Assembly (NCBI GenBank): GCA_965224085.1
Contig: CBDCYI010000005.1
Span: 896,001-960,000, forward strand
Length of the DNA stretch: 64,000 bases
Origin: Candidatus Marinacidobacterales bacterium
GTDB taxonomy: Bacteria; Acidobacteriota; Vicinamibacteria; Marinacidobacterales; SMYC01
Direction: 5' to 3'
In this document: positions 27,859 to 38,639 of the stretch, piece after piece
How positions within the stretch are numbered: position 1 is the stretch's first letter
Layout: each line of letters opens with the position of its first letter
Position numbers and translations under genes: made by a program
Notes under the pieces: model-generated
What the model was told of the DNA's origin: nothing
Databases searched by the model: none
What the model saw: the letters and a program-made list of their open reading frames with translations, nothing else

Positions 27859-27910
27859 GAGGCGAGCCCTCTCCCGTCGCCGTCGACGCAGAGAGGGCAC
27901 TGACAGACTG

Positions 27911-28437
27911 CTAGCGAATTTGTCCCCGGATCTCTCCAGACGGGACGCGCAACGTGTGCACGTTCACGTAGCCAGCTCCCGCGCCAAGAGCGCGGATGAA
28001 CTCGCGAAATTCTCCTCTGGCGATGCCCTGCTCGCCGGGGCCAACAACGTCGTCGGCGGTGATGGTGCCGGATATTGTTCCGTCGGCGTCGATGCAGGAA
28101 CGTGCGTGCTCCGCGGGGTCGACCTCGAGCTGGGCCGAGCAGAGGCGAACCATGAGGCCGCCCTCCGTCTTGGACTGGCCGAAGTGGATGTGCGCCCGTA
28201 TCACTGGGGTCGAAAGACCTGCGAGCTCAGCGTGAATGCGAGGGACGTGCCGTCTTCGCTGACTCGCGCCGCGAAAAGCCCGTGGCCAGCGGTCGACACT
28301 GACGGCACTTCGTTATACCCATGCAGTCGAGTGCCGAAATCTGTCTGGACTTCGTCTTCGGCATATGTTGCGAAAGACAGGGTTGCCCCGAGCATCGCGC
28401 CGGCCACCAACAAGGTAAGAGCAAGTTTTTTCACCAT
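27911..28437 (-). pseudogene. CHRD-domain secreted protein, frameshifted
   Basis: Signal peptide and LHGYNEVPSV in one frame; AHIHFG..YVNVHT..GEIRGQI in another; 1-nt deletion near 28225. Confidence 0.8.
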
Positions 28438-28574
28438 GACGTTCTCCTCCATCGAAGGTGTTTACCCGAGCGAAGAGCCTCTTGCTCTCGCTCCTCTGTT
28501 TTTTCGACGACTACAAGACCGTCATAGAGGTGAAAAGGATTAATAAAGATTTCGCTGACGAGGGTTTTTTCTGT

Positions 28575-29195
28575 TCACGGTGCGTCGACTCTCGTGCGGT
28601 AGAGCGCCAGGCGAAACCCCGGCGCACCAGAGAGGCGTTCGATCGGAAGCTCTTCGTCGTGGTCGAGACCTGCGATGCGAAACCCGTGATCGGGAGTGAG
28701 CACGACTAGAAATGCACGGCGGCGAGCGTGGCTCGCTAGGAATGCTGCGAGCTCGTGCTCGTTGCCATCCGGGTAGTTGAAGAACGCGTCGATGTCTTGG
28801 ACTTGAATACCGAGACTCGCATAGGTCTCGCTATCCAAGTAGTCGCCTTCGCACGCGCGCCAAATTCTTGGCAAGCCCCGCTCCGAGAGAGCGCACAAGT
28901 TCTCGTTTGCGAGCTCCGAAAGCTCATGGTGGCTTTCGATCCCGTAAGCGCGAAGGTTTTCGTCCACTGCGCAAAGCGACGCGACGATGCGGCCGTCGCC
29001 CATACCGGCGTCGAGAACCTTCGGCGCGTCGCCGAGCCGCTTCCAGAAACCCACCCTGCTCAGCGCCTGCATGGCTGCCGCGACGACGTCGAGTGGTGCA
29101 GGAAGCCAAATCCCCGCGCCGGTCAAGCGGACGGGCTGCCCGCCGAAGGCTCGTGTCTCAGACTGTTCGAACGTAGCTGTGAAATCCGGGCTCAC
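28575..29195 (-). CDS. Class I SAM-dependent methyltransferase-like protein
   Basis: VLDAGMGDGR, GIE and EGDY motifs. Confidence 0.7.
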   Translation of the reverse strand: MSPDFTATFEQSETRAFGGQPVRLTGAGIWLPAPLDVVAAAMQALSRVGFWKRLGDAPKVLDAGMGDGRIVASLCAVDENLRAYGIESHHELSELANENLCALSERGLPRIWRACEGDYLDSETYASLGIQVQDIDAFFNYPDGNEHELAAFLASHARRRAFLVVLTPDHGFRIAGLDHDEELPIERLSGAPGFRLALYRTRVDAP

Positions 29196-29485
29196 GGAGC
29201 AACGCTGGCCTTCCGCGTGTAGTCGAGCTTTGGAGACTTGGCGCGTAGCCGGACGTGAAACCGTTCGGGAGTCTTTTTGGCGAAAGTCTCGTGGTTCGGA
29301 TCTCGAAATGCCGCTTCAACGAGGAGCGCCACGACACGGAACATGGTCGCAATTATATGTCAAGCCGTCGCTCCTCTTTGGTATCTTCTCGACAGAACCA
29401 TCGCACAGAGTTGACGAAGCGAGGCGTGTGATACGAGACGAAACATGCTTGCGATCCTGTCCCCCTGCCGGGTAGCTTTGTCTTC

Positions 29486-30211
29486 ATGACGGAAGAGAAA
29501 ATTACGAAGTCCGGCCAGGTGCGAAAGCTTCTGAAAGTGCAAGCGGATCCGGAAAAAGCCGCGTTCTTCCCGCGCTTTTTCAAAACCGGACGGGGTGAGT
29601 ACGGGGAAGGGGACCGTTTCCTCGGTGTTACCGTTCCTAAGTGCAGGCAAATCGCGCGCGCGGCACGCGAGATGGAGCTCTCCGAGATCACGAAGCTTCT
29701 GGGCTCGCCATGGCACGAAGAATGGGAAGTGGCAATATTCATCCTCGTCGAGGCGTTCAAACGGGCAAAGAGCGACAAGGCTCGTGGAGACATCTATCGC
29801 TTCTATGTTGAGCATCTCGATCGCGTCAACAACTGGGATCTGGTCGACGGAAGCGCGCCGACCATCGTCGGCGGCTTTCTCGAAGACAAGGATCGAAAAC
29901 AGCTCTATCGTTGGGCGCGGAGCCGCGACTTGTGGGAGCGGCGCATCGCCATGCTGGCAACGTTGTGCTACATCAAGAAAAATGACTTCAAGGACGCGCT
30001 CGCAATCGCCGCCATCTTGAGAGATGACGAAGAAGATCTCATCCACAAAGCGGTGGGCTGGATGATCCGCGAGATTGGCAATCGTGACCGTGCGGCTGAG
30101 GAACGTTTTCTCGACCGGCACTACAAGAGGATGCCGCGTACGATGTTGCGCTACGCCATCGATAAGTTCCCCGACAAGAAGCGCCAGGCTTACTTGAAGG
30201 GCAACGTCTGA
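29486..30211 (+). CDS. DNA alkylation repair protein (AlkD-like)
   Basis: EYGEGDRFLGV, NNWDLVD, KAVGWMIREIG, MPRTMLRYAI. Confidence 0.88.
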   Translation: MTEEKITKSGQVRKLLKVQADPEKAAFFPRFFKTGRGEYGEGDRFLGVTVPKCRQIARAAREMELSEITKLLGSPWHEEWEVAIFILVEAFKRAKSDKARGDIYRFYVEHLDRVNNWDLVDGSAPTIVGGFLEDKDRKQLYRWARSRDLWERRIAMLATLCYIKKNDFKDALAIAAILRDDEEDLIHKAVGWMIREIGNRDRAAEERFLDRHYKRMPRTMLRYAIDKFPDKKRQAYLKGNV

Positions 30212-30730
30212 CGGCTTTCTTTGAATCTCGCGATCGTGCGCCGCGCGGCGCGTTGGGTCACGATCAGAATCAACATGCTGAGAACGAGACAGATGGGGGT
30301 CACCCAGTAGCCGCCGATGACTTCGGTCCCTTCCGATAACGGGAACTGCGCCAATGGCCCGCGGGATGCCGTCGCGCACCAAAAGGCCCACGTTGTCGGG
30401 AAAGAGGAGCTTGAGAGGCGCTAGCGCTAGAAGAGCCAGCCCCGTCATGTAACCCGTGAAGTACACGAGCGACTTGGCGAATCCCGATAGGGTCGTCGCG
30501 GCGAGAAGCCACAGCGAGCGCAATAGAGGCGCGACGTATCCCGTCGTCGCCGCCTCGTCGAGCGTGAACTCAGAGGCGAAGACGCGGGCAAGCTCGAGCG
30601 GCGGCTCAATGCCCGCGAGGACCCGCTCGACCCCCTCGCGCTCGTCACCGTTGTTTCCGAGCTCCTCGAGTCGCTCGCGAATATGAGATTCGACTTCGCG
30701 CACCGAAGGCGAGGGCACGTCCGCTCGGAG
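30208..30730 (-). pseudogene. DUF1700/HAAS-like membrane protein remnant
   Basis: REVESHIRE..; LAPLKLLFPDNVG; start lost and frameshift near 30325. Confidence 0.5.
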
Positions 30731-31250
30731 CGAGGTCCACGGTCCACCCCGGTACACGGGTCGAAGGCTCCGGAACGTCCAATCGGTTTCCCGCGCGATC
30801 CATCCATGCGTGCTCGTTGAACGTAGGCCGATGGTATACGAGGTTGGTCGCAGAGACCGAATAGCCGTCCCCCAACGGCCCTCCCCGAACGCCCGGCGCG
30901 ACGGTCAGGGGTTCTCCATCGAATACGAGACGATCCAAATCGAATCGGCGTGCGAACAAAGTTCCCGTCAAGCGAGCAGTGTTCGAGCCGAATTCGGCGT
31001 AGAGAATGTATCCGGGGTCCACGTACATCGCGGTGCGCGAGTCCCGGATGAGCTCTTTAGCTTCGCCGGTCGACAGATCGCCGAGCCACACGCGTACCGG
31101 TGGCGGCGTGAGCGAATCGAACAAGAAGTGCCGACCGTGAGGGAGGAAATACGGACGGTTATGATACCCATCCTCCTCCGCTCTACGCGTGACCGGCACC
31201 GCTTCTCCGCCAGATGCGGCGACGCGGTACAAAACCCCGCCAGGACTAGA
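30730..31250 (-). pseudogene. Remnant of a TolB-like beta-propeller (as in Ser/Thr kinase fusions)
   Basis: YRVAASGGEAVPVT, PYFLPHGRHFLF, AWMDRAG repeats; no start, truncated at both ends. Confidence 0.6.
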
Positions 31251-31274
31251 TCAAATCGAACGGAAGCAAAGGGT

Positions 31275-31703
31275 TCAGTCGCGGCACGGGTCGACGACCA
31301 CGACATCGAAACGCGCGAAATCGCGATCCGACGTACACACGCTGGCTCCGTTCTCGATGGCGAGTGCTGCTATCGCTGCGTCGGTAACCAAGGGACCGGA
31401 GACTTGTGCGTCCAACAACAAGTTGCTGAAGATCCGCCAGTACTGCTCCCCGGGCGCCACGGCGCGAACGGGGGTCGTCTCGAACCAAGAGGATACGATG
31501 GTCTCGGCCTCTTTCATCGTCAGTGGTTTTTCGAACGCCCGCGGGTTCGTACTAATGCGAAGAAACGCCCAGACGGTGAGCCATGGCAGACCCACTGGGG
31601 ACGGTGACGAAAACTTGTCTTCGATCCATCGACGGCAAGGTTCGTGGAACTCGGATCGAGGATTGTAGGCGTAAAGAACTATGTTGGCGTCAACGAGGAT
31701 CAC
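31275..31703 (-). CDS. vapC: VapC PIN-domain toxin
   Basis: MILVDANIVLYA, VTDAAIAALAIE, TSDRDFARF. Confidence 0.92.
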   Translation of the reverse strand: MILVDANIVLYAYNPRSEFHEPCRRWIEDKFSSPSPVGLPWLTVWAFLRISTNPRAFEKPLTMKEAETIVSSWFETTPVRAVAPGEQYWRIFSNLLLDAQVSGPLVTDAAIAALAIENGASVCTSDRDFARFDVVVVDPCRD

Positions 31704-31948
31704 CGGTTCGTCGATCCCTCTGTTTGCTCCAAGAACTCGCCGATATTGTCGAGGCTGAGTCCTGGACGAAGCTCTCCCAAATCCCTCGCTTGCACGCGAA
31801 AAGGGGTGGGTCTACGATCGCTCTTCTTCGCGAGGAAACCCAGCCGCAGATATTCGTTCACGATCTCCTTGAGCGACCGCCCGGTTCGCTTGGACTCCGC
31901 TTTGAGTTTCGCCGCAACATCGTCCTCGAGTGTCAGCGTCGTTCTCAT
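31700..31948 (-). CDS. vapB: VapB antitoxin
   Basis: MRTTLTLEDDV N-terminus; 4-nt overlap with vapC. Confidence 0.88.
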   Translation of the reverse strand: MRTTLTLEDDVAAKLKAESKRTGRSLKEIVNEYLRLGFLAKKSDRRPTPFRVQARDLGELRPGLSLDNIGEFLEQTEGSTNR

Positions 31949-31983
31949 ATAGTGACGCTATCAGACGAGCATCATGATGTCAA
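31949..31983 (-). promoter_or_regulatory. Leaderless vapBC promoter with operator palindrome
   Basis: TTGACA-17-TAGCGT-6-ATG; near-palindrome ACATCATGATGC overlapping the -35. Confidence 0.65.
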
Positions 31984-32198
31984 ATTAAAGAAGTTCTGAT
32001 GCAATCAATCAAGCATCAGGGAGGACGATCTCGATGCCGACGATATAGCGCTTGAAAAGTGCTCCTCGCCGATGCGGGGCGGAGTCGCCGCCTGGGACGC
32101 CCGAAGCACGGCAATGTCCCGAGCAGCAGCATCGCGAACCTGTTCGCTTCGTTACGCCGCAGCCTACGACGTAAATCTCGTCGACGATGAGATACCGA

Positions 32199-32650
32199 AT
32201 GGCAGACGAATTCAACTTCGATTCGATATCAGACGACGAGCTACTGCGAAGGCTGTCGCAGATCTTGAAAGAGTCTCGGCGCGTCGAGGTCGAGCTGGTT
32301 GCACATCTCGGCGAAGTCGACGAGCGTCGGTTGTCCGCACGGACCGAAGCCTCGCCGATGTTCAGATATTGCGCTGAGCTGCACTTGTCCGAGGCCGAAG
32401 TCTACTTGCGTCTCGCCGTCGCGCGCGGCGCGTAAGCATCCGGCTATTCTGCCGATGCTTCAAGACGGTCGTCTTCACTTGAGCGGTATCGCGAAGCTCG
32501 CGCCTGTTCTCACCGAGGCGAATAGCGCCGCGTTACTCGCTCGCACGACGCACGAGACCATGCGGAAGATCGAGGAGTTAGTTGCCGAAGTGGCACCAAG
32601 CGGACGTACCTCCTACGATGCGCAAAACTCCAATAAGTGCGTATTCCAGC
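32199..32650 (+). pseudogene. DUF222-like / HNH-associated N-terminal domain remnant
   Basis: SDDELL..LVAHLGEVDERRL..MFRYC..LHLSE..; continues HPAILPMLQDGRLHLSG in another frame. Confidence 0.6.
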
Positions 32651-32694
32651 GCGGAGGTGATTTCGACCGATCACCCCCGCACTCGAGTTTCTGA

Positions 32695-33149
32695 CTACGA
32701 GCAGCAGGTCGGCTCGCAGCAAGGCTCCTCGGACGCGGCAGCTTGCACCGCCGGATCGCTCTTTGCGGTCACGTCATCTTCCTTGACGACAAAGACTTCC
32801 CAGCGATAGCCGTTCGGGTCGGTGACCCAGACTTTGTCTTGAAGCGCGTAGCAGCACACGGCGTCGTTCTCCTCGAGGGTCTCGAAACCGGCTTCGGCCA
32901 GGCGCTTCGTTGCACGGACGACCTCCTCGGTAGAGCTCACTTGAATACCGAGATGGTTGAGCGAGCTGGGGTCCTTCGGAACCTCTGAGCTCTTGTTGAG
33001 CGTGAAGTTCAGCCCGGGCGACTCGAGCTCGAATTTCGCATATCCGGGTTTGAGCTTTAGGGGCTCTTTTCCGAAGAAGCCGCGAACGCGATGGACTCAT
33101 CGAACTTGTTGGTGTTCAAAGCGACGTGGATTTTTTGGCTTGTCGTCAT
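32695..33149 (-). pseudogene. arsI: ArsI/CadI family VOC metalloenzyme, frameshifted
   Basis: IHVALN, KPGYAKF, LNHLGIQV, CCYALQDKVWVTDP; deletion of about 4 nt near 33083. Confidence 0.8.
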
Positions 33150-33163
33150 ACTTTTGCTCCTAT

Positions 33164-33183
33164 GTTTCTAGATAAATCGAATT
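33164..33183. promoter_or_regulatory. Putative ArsR operator upstream of arsI
   Basis: GTTTCTAGATAAATCGAATT is a near-exact inverted copy of 33545-33564. Confidence 0.6.
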
Positions 33184-33220
33184 GTTGAGTTGGCTTTCGG
33201 CTCGACGGTGGGTCATGGGC

Positions 33221-33544
33221 TTACACTTTGGTGGGTACGGAGATGTTGACGACGGGCTGCCGGGTGCAGCACTCGGCGTAGAGGAAGTTCAAAAGTTTTT
33301 GGAGAGACTCGGTCCCGGCGCGGTAGCGAAGAAACCGCCCCTCGCGCTCCTGTTCGACGAGCCTTTCGTGCCGTAGCGCGTCGAGATGATGGGAGAGAGT
33401 CGACGCTGGGATAGCGAGCTCTTCCTGGAGCTCGCCGACAACGAGACCCGTGGGGTGCGCGGCGAGCAGCAGGCGGATGATGGCCACGCGTGATTCGTGG
33501 CCGAGGGCCCCGAACATGCGTGCGACGTCCGCCGTGTTATTCAT
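33221..33544 (-). CDS. arsR: ArsR/SmtB transcriptional repressor
   Basis: ALGHESR, STLSHHL, C-terminal ECC. Confidence 0.9.
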   Translation of the reverse strand: MNNTADVARMFGALGHESRVAIIRLLLAAHPTGLVVGELQEELAIPASTLSHHLDALRHERLVEQEREGRFLRYRAGTESLQKLLNFLYAECCTRQPVVNISVPTKV

Positions 33545-33579
33545 AATTCGATTATTCTAGAAATGACGGTTAATGTCAA
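33545..33579 (-). promoter_or_regulatory. Leaderless arsR promoter overlapped by operator
   Basis: TTGACA-17-AATAAT-6-ATG; operator ATTTCTAGAATAATCGAATT. Confidence 0.65.
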
Positions 33580-33765
33580 GAGGTTTTTGATGAAAGAACG
33601 TAACCTGTTCCTCCCGAGGGACTTCTTCGTCGAGCTGTGCGACGGCAAGCATCGAGCAAAGCTCGCATTCCACGAGTTTGCCTGGCATCGAGCCATGCGT
33701 TCTTCGGACGAATACTGATCGGGTCGTGGGCGGCGAGGCTACAATGGCCTTCGCAGGAGGACTCC

Positions 33766-35400
33766 ATGTTGCGTCTCGCCGTCACCCTAGGCTTTGTCGT
33801 CGCCTTTTTCGCATGCCAGAGCGCGCCCGAACCCGAGCCGGACGCGCCCGCGAGCCCGATGCGGGAGCTTCTCGGTAAATACACGACGGTCCGTCTCACG
33901 ACGGATCTCGACGCGCTCACCGAGTCGGAGCGCGCGATGCTGCCGCATCTCATCCGCGCGGCCCAGGCGATGGAGGGTCCTTACTGGAAGCAAGCCTATG
34001 GCGACCGCGATGCGTTCATGGCGTCGCTCGACGAAGACGCCAGGCGTTTCGCAGTGATCAACTACGGTCCGTGGGACCGTCTCGACGACAACGCGCCTTT
34101 CATACCCGGCACGGACGAGAAATCCGCAGGCTCGAATTTCTACCCCGCCGACATGACCAAAGAAGAGCTCGAGGCCGCGGACAACCCTGAGCTTCGAAGC
34201 CTCACGACGATGGTGCGGCGCGACGACGACGGCGCGCTCACGGCGATCCCGTACTCGGTGTTCTTCGAAGACGCGTACGACGCCGCGGCCCAGGAGCTGC
34301 GAGCCGCGGCTGCGCTTGCCGAAGACCCTGGCCTCAAACGCTATCTCGAGCTTCGCGCCGAGGCGCTTTTGACCGACGACTATCGCGCGAGCGACATGGC
34401 GTGGATGGACATGAAGAACAACACGCTCGACATTGTCATCGGCCCCATCGAAACCTATGAAGATCAACTCTTCGGCTCGAAAGCGGCGAACGAGTCCTTC
34501 GTGCTCGTCAAGGACCAGGAATGGAGCGCCCGGCTCGCGCGCTACACGTCGCTTCTACCAGAGCTCCAAGAGGCCCTCCCGGTTGCGGACACGTACAAGC
34601 AGGAAACGCCCGGGCGCGACTCGGACTTGAACGCCTATGACGTGATCTACTACGCCGGCGACGCCAATGCGGGCTCGAAAGCGATCGCCGTCAACCTGCC
34701 GAACGACGAGGAAGTGCAGCTCCAGAAAGGCACGCGGCGGCTTCAGCTCAAGAATGCCATGCGGGCGAAGTTCGACAAGATCCTCGTACCCATCAGCGAG
34801 CTCGTTATCGCCGACGATCAGCGTGAGCTCGTCAACTTCGACGCGTTTTTCGCCAACGTCATGTTCCACGAAGTCGCCCATGGACTCGGCATCAAGAACA
34901 CCGTCAACGGCCGCGGTCGCGTCCGGAACGCGCTTCAAGAGCGCGCCTCGGCTCTCGAAGAAGCGAAAGCCGACGTGCTCGGTCTATTCATGATCACCGA
35001 GCTCATCAAAAAGGGGGAGCTCGAGGACGAAAGCCTCAACGATAACTACGTCACGTTTCTCGCGTCGATCTTCCGCTCGGTGCGCTTCGGCGGGGCGAGC
35101 GCGCACGGGCGCGCGAATTTAATGCAGCTCAGCTTTCTCGCCGAGGCCGGAGCGTTCTCCTACGACGTGAGCACCGAGACCTATCGGGTGGACCTCGAGA
35201 AGATGCAGCAGGCGGTTAACGACCTCGCCAGTGTGATTTTGAAGATCCAGGGCGACGGGGACTATGAAGGTCTCGGCGCTTTCATGGAAAAACACCAGGT
35301 CACGACCGACCGGCTCCGTGAGAGCCTCGACCGGCTTGCGGCCGAAGGGATCCCCGTCGACATCGTCTTCGAGCAAGGGCCTGCTGTCCTCGGACTTTAG
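33766..35400 (+). CDS. Peptidase M49 (DPP III)-like Zn hydrolase lipoprotein
   Basis: RBS AGGAGG; lipobox FFAC; IGPIETYED, NLPND, FHEVAHGLG, LEEAKAD. Confidence 0.85.
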   Translation: MLRLAVTLGFVVAFFACQSAPEPEPDAPASPMRELLGKYTTVRLTTDLDALTESERAMLPHLIRAAQAMEGPYWKQAYGDRDAFMASLDEDARRFAVINYGPWDRLDDNAPFIPGTDEKSAGSNFYPADMTKEELEAADNPELRSLTTMVRRDDDGALTAIPYSVFFEDAYDAAAQELRAAAALAEDPGLKRYLELRAEALLTDDYRASDMAWMDMKNNTLDIVIGPIETYEDQLFGSKAANESFVLVKDQEWSARLARYTSLLPELQEALPVADTYKQETPGRDSDLNAYDVIYYAGDANAGSKAIAVNLPNDEEVQLQKGTRRLQLKNAMRAKFDKILVPISELVIADDQRELVNFDAFFANVMFHEVAHGLGIKNTVNGRGRVRNALQERASALEEAKADVLGLFMITELIKKGELEDESLNDNYVTFLASIFRSVRFGGASAHGRANLMQLSFLAEAGAFSYDVSTETYRVDLEKMQQAVNDLASVILKIQGDGDYEGLGAFMEKHQVTTDRLRESLDRLAAEGIPVDIVFEQGPAVLGL

Positions 35401-35410
35401 TGTGCTTCGA

Positions 35411-35775
35411 TCAACCTAAATCACTCGCCGTCAGCGATCGGACGGAGTCGAGCCCAGCGAAGGGGAGGGCGGTAGCGAAGCTCAGACCCGCGAGAGCGGG
35501 GATCGCCCAGCCCAATAGATCGAGCCGCTCAGAAGCGTCGATGAAGCCTGCAGCGATGAGCGGTGCTACGAGCGACGCATAGCCGAAAACGACCGTAAAG
35601 GCCGGGTTCGCCCGTGAGAGGTCCAGGACCGGCGTGCACTCGCCGAGTAGCGCGAGGCTCACGGGAAAGATACCGCCTGCAGCGCGCAGCCGACGAGGAT
35701 GAAGCTCGTAAGAGCGAGCGTCGTCCGCTCCGGCAGCCACGCTGCTGAGATGTAGCCGGCCGCGACCGCCGCTAG
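35411..35775 (-). pseudogene. MFS transporter C-terminal fragment, with an additional frameshift
   Basis: Continues ..GFL|AAVAAG across the IS; GGIFPVSLALLG and YASLVAPLIAA TM motifs. Confidence 0.7.
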
Positions 35776-37777
35776 CCCATGTTTCCCTTTTAGGTCTCTA
35801 AGTCATCATAAACAAAGGACTGAGATCCGCGGTTTGTCTCTACGCTGACAGCACCTCCTCGGAGAAGGCTGGCGGGTCGCGTTCAACGATTCCGAGTGCA
35901 GTCAGGATCGAGTTGGCGCGAGCGGTACCGCGCGTGACGACGCGCTTGGTCCGCCCAGAACCCAGCTGTAAGTCGACGAGCCGGACCGAGCGTAGCGCTT
36001 GTAGTGCCTCGGTTGCGGACAGGTCGAGTTCGGCGACCTTGAGCTTTTTCTCAAGAGCCCGATGCACAAGGAAGGCCAGCGTAGCTACGAAAAGATGTGC
36101 CTCCACACGCTCATCGGTCTGGTGGTAAACGGGACGCATCTCAATGACATCCTTAAGGCATGAGAAGGCTCGCTCGACCTCGTTTAGGTCCTTGTAAAGG
36201 CGCACGGCGTCGACCGGAGAGAGGTTTTGCTCCTCGGTTTGAATAACGTACTTACCCTCGTAGGCTTGCTCGCGCTTGAGGTTGACCGGGTGCTCGAAGA
36301 AGCGGAAGCGAGCGTTTTTGTACTCCCAGTCGTAGTAACGGTGACCGTGGTGGCGTGCCTGTATGCGCGCGGCGGCGGCACCGATTTTCTCGGGGGCTTT
36401 CAATCGTCCCTCGCGCACGCGGCGCTCGAGGGCCTCGAATGCCGCACGGGCACGTCCCATGGCCCGCAGCCTCTGCCCGCGCTCGTAGGCGAGCCTTTCG
36501 TCGCTGTGAACGACGAAGATGCGCACGCCAGACTGCTCGGAGCGGACTTCTTGCACACGAGTCTTAGGTGGCTCGGCTTTTTCGCTCACCGTGATGCCAC
36601 CAGGGCAGTCGATCCACTCTCCGCTGGCGCGCTCGATGTAACGATAGACCTCCTCGCGCCGTCGTCTTTGCAGCCCGACGAGATAGCCCTGCTTGCGCGA
36701 GCGCACCACCGCCAGGCTGTCGCTCGTTACCATCCCTCGGTCGCCGACAAAAACCACGCGGTGCAAACCGAATCGTTCGTTGAGATCGTTGAGCACCTGC
36801 GGCACCGTTTTCGCGTCACGCCAGTTGCCGGCGAAAACATGGTGGGCGATCGGCCAACCGTCCACCATCACCAGACCGACAAGCACTTGCCGGTTACGCG
36901 GTCTGCGGTCGCGACTGTAGCCGTGGGCGCCGAGCCCCGGAGGGCCTTGACCTTCGAAGTACGTCGACGTCAGGTCGTAAAACACCATGTCAACCTCAAG
37001 CGAAAACAGATCCCGCAAGCGCAAAAACAGCTCTTTCTCGATCTGTTCTTTGCGGGCATGCAGCTGGTCGAGCGTTCGGTACCATTGCTTGAGTTGGCAA
37101 AACTCCACGCGAACCCGCGGGGAGCGACTCGCTCGCCGCTCCCCATCATCGCGCCACTGCGGCACCCACCGCCGCCCCTGCCGGTCGCAGACGAAGTCGG
37201 TCTCGAGCCAGCGCGCCAGACCGTGCTCGCTTGACGGAGCACATAGCCGGTTGGCGACCAGCACCAAAGCTCGCTCGCTTAGCGCCACTCCGTCGCGCTT
37301 GCCGCGGCCTCCGAGCCGGTCGAGAATCTGCTCCAGTCCGAGCTCGCGCCACAGCGTCGCCGTCACCACCATCGGACCCCAATCCCACGCGTCTGCCCCC
37401 GCGATCTGCTCGGCTGCTCGCTCGGTGTCGGCCGGTTCACCGGCCCCAAGCAACCGATTGAGGGAGTCGAGATTGGCAACTAGGAGATCCTTGCGCCCCA
37501 AGTTGCACACTACGCGTTGCCTCGGCTTGCCGTGCTCCCGATACGACTCGACCAGGCGGACATACTCATGTTGAACCCCTTTGCCGCCTGCGGCCCGAAC
37601 GATGCGGAAGAACATAACCTGTCCTCACGCATACTACATATCATTGTCCACGATTACAACGTATTAATGGCGCTCAAAGCACAATATCTGTCTCTACGTT
37701 TTGGGCAAATTCAACCCCCGTTCCTTTGAATTCAGTCACTTACGAGCGTTAGGGTGCCCATAAAGGGTAAACATGGG
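35776..37777 (-). mobile_element. IS1634 family element
   Basis: IRs CCCATGTTTCCCTTT / rc CCCATGTTTACCCTTT; flanks CTAG / ATAG. Confidence 0.88.
35840..37615 (-). CDS. IS1634 family transposase
   Basis: YVRLVESYR, FYDLTSTYFEG, GYSRD, VGDRGM, VERAFSCLK. Confidence 0.93.
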   Translation of the reverse strand: MFFRIVRAAGGKGVQHEYVRLVESYREHGKPRQRVVCNLGRKDLLVANLDSLNRLLGAGEPADTERAAEQIAGADAWDWGPMVVTATLWRELGLEQILDRLGGRGKRDGVALSERALVLVANRLCAPSSEHGLARWLETDFVCDRQGRRWVPQWRDDGERRASRSPRVRVEFCQLKQWYRTLDQLHARKEQIEKELFLRLRDLFSLEVDMVFYDLTSTYFEGQGPPGLGAHGYSRDRRPRNRQVLVGLVMVDGWPIAHHVFAGNWRDAKTVPQVLNDLNERFGLHRVVFVGDRGMVTSDSLAVVRSRKQGYLVGLQRRRREEVYRYIERASGEWIDCPGGITVSEKAEPPKTRVQEVRSEQSGVRIFVVHSDERLAYERGQRLRAMGRARAAFEALERRVREGRLKAPEKIGAAAARIQARHHGHRYYDWEYKNARFRFFEHPVNLKREQAYEGKYVIQTEEQNLSPVDAVRLYKDLNEVERAFSCLKDVIEMRPVYHQTDERVEAHLFVATLAFLVHRALEKKLKVAELDLSATEALQALRSVRLVDLQLGSGRTKRVVTRGTARANSILTALGIVERDPPAFSEEVLSA

Positions 37778-38639
37778 ATAGGAATCCCAATAGGGAGAAC
37801 GCGTAGAGTATTCGCAGGTTCCCAAAGCGGTCCGCGAGCCATCCAGCGGCGGGCTGTACGAGGACGCTCCCGAGCGCCATGAAGCCTACGAATCGCAGAG
37901 TCTCGGCGCGTGTCAAGCCGAGGCGCTGGCCTTCGACGGGGTAGGTCCCCGACATCGCCACGTCGAGTACGGCGTAGACGACGGCACCGTAGAAAGCGAT
38001 CGCAAGTCCTCGCCAAGCGACGGCCGCCGGAGTCGTGGTTTCATGATGCGCACGCGTTTCCACGTCCATATTCCGCAAGCCCCAATGTGCGAGCGGCGCG
38101 ATGGCGGCGGCGGCAGCCGTGAAGATCCAAAACACGGGAAGACCGAAGGCGTCGTATAAAGGATTGCTCACGAAGACGCCGCCCATGAAGCCGAGCCCGA
38201 AGCCGGCGGTGTAGGCGGCCATCACTCGGGCTCTACGGCTGCTCGGCGTACCCTTCAAGAGCGCGTACTCGGCCGCGACGAATGTGAGCGCGTCCGCAGC
38301 GCCGAGCCACAGTCTCACCCCGAAGAGCATGCGCTCGTCCCACAGAAGGGCCAAGTGCAGCGCGCCTAAGCCGATGCCGGAGAGCAAGATCCCGATCACG
38401 TTGATGGGCCTCGGGCCGTGGCGTTCCACGAGCCGTCCCGCTAGGGGGCTGCACAAAGCGAGACCGAGCGCGAGCATGGCTACGACGCCCCCGGTAAAGT
38501 ACTCGCTGAACCCACGATCCTCGAGAAGCGCCGAGACGAGCGGCGAGGAACCGCCGATGCTGACGCCGACAAAAAACAGCGACAGAATGAGGGCCGCCGT
38601 CTCGAGCGCCGTGAGATGACTAGGTGCGCTTGCGGACAA
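37778..38639 (-). pseudogene. MFS transporter N-terminal part, interrupted by IS1634
   Basis: GRLVERHGPR and GWLADRFG motifs; frame runs into the IS end. Confidence 0.85.

Noticed and set aside
29360-30757. 465-aa minus-strand ORF as one gene
   Set aside because: Chimera of a DUF1700-like remnant running into the antisense of the alkylation-repair gene
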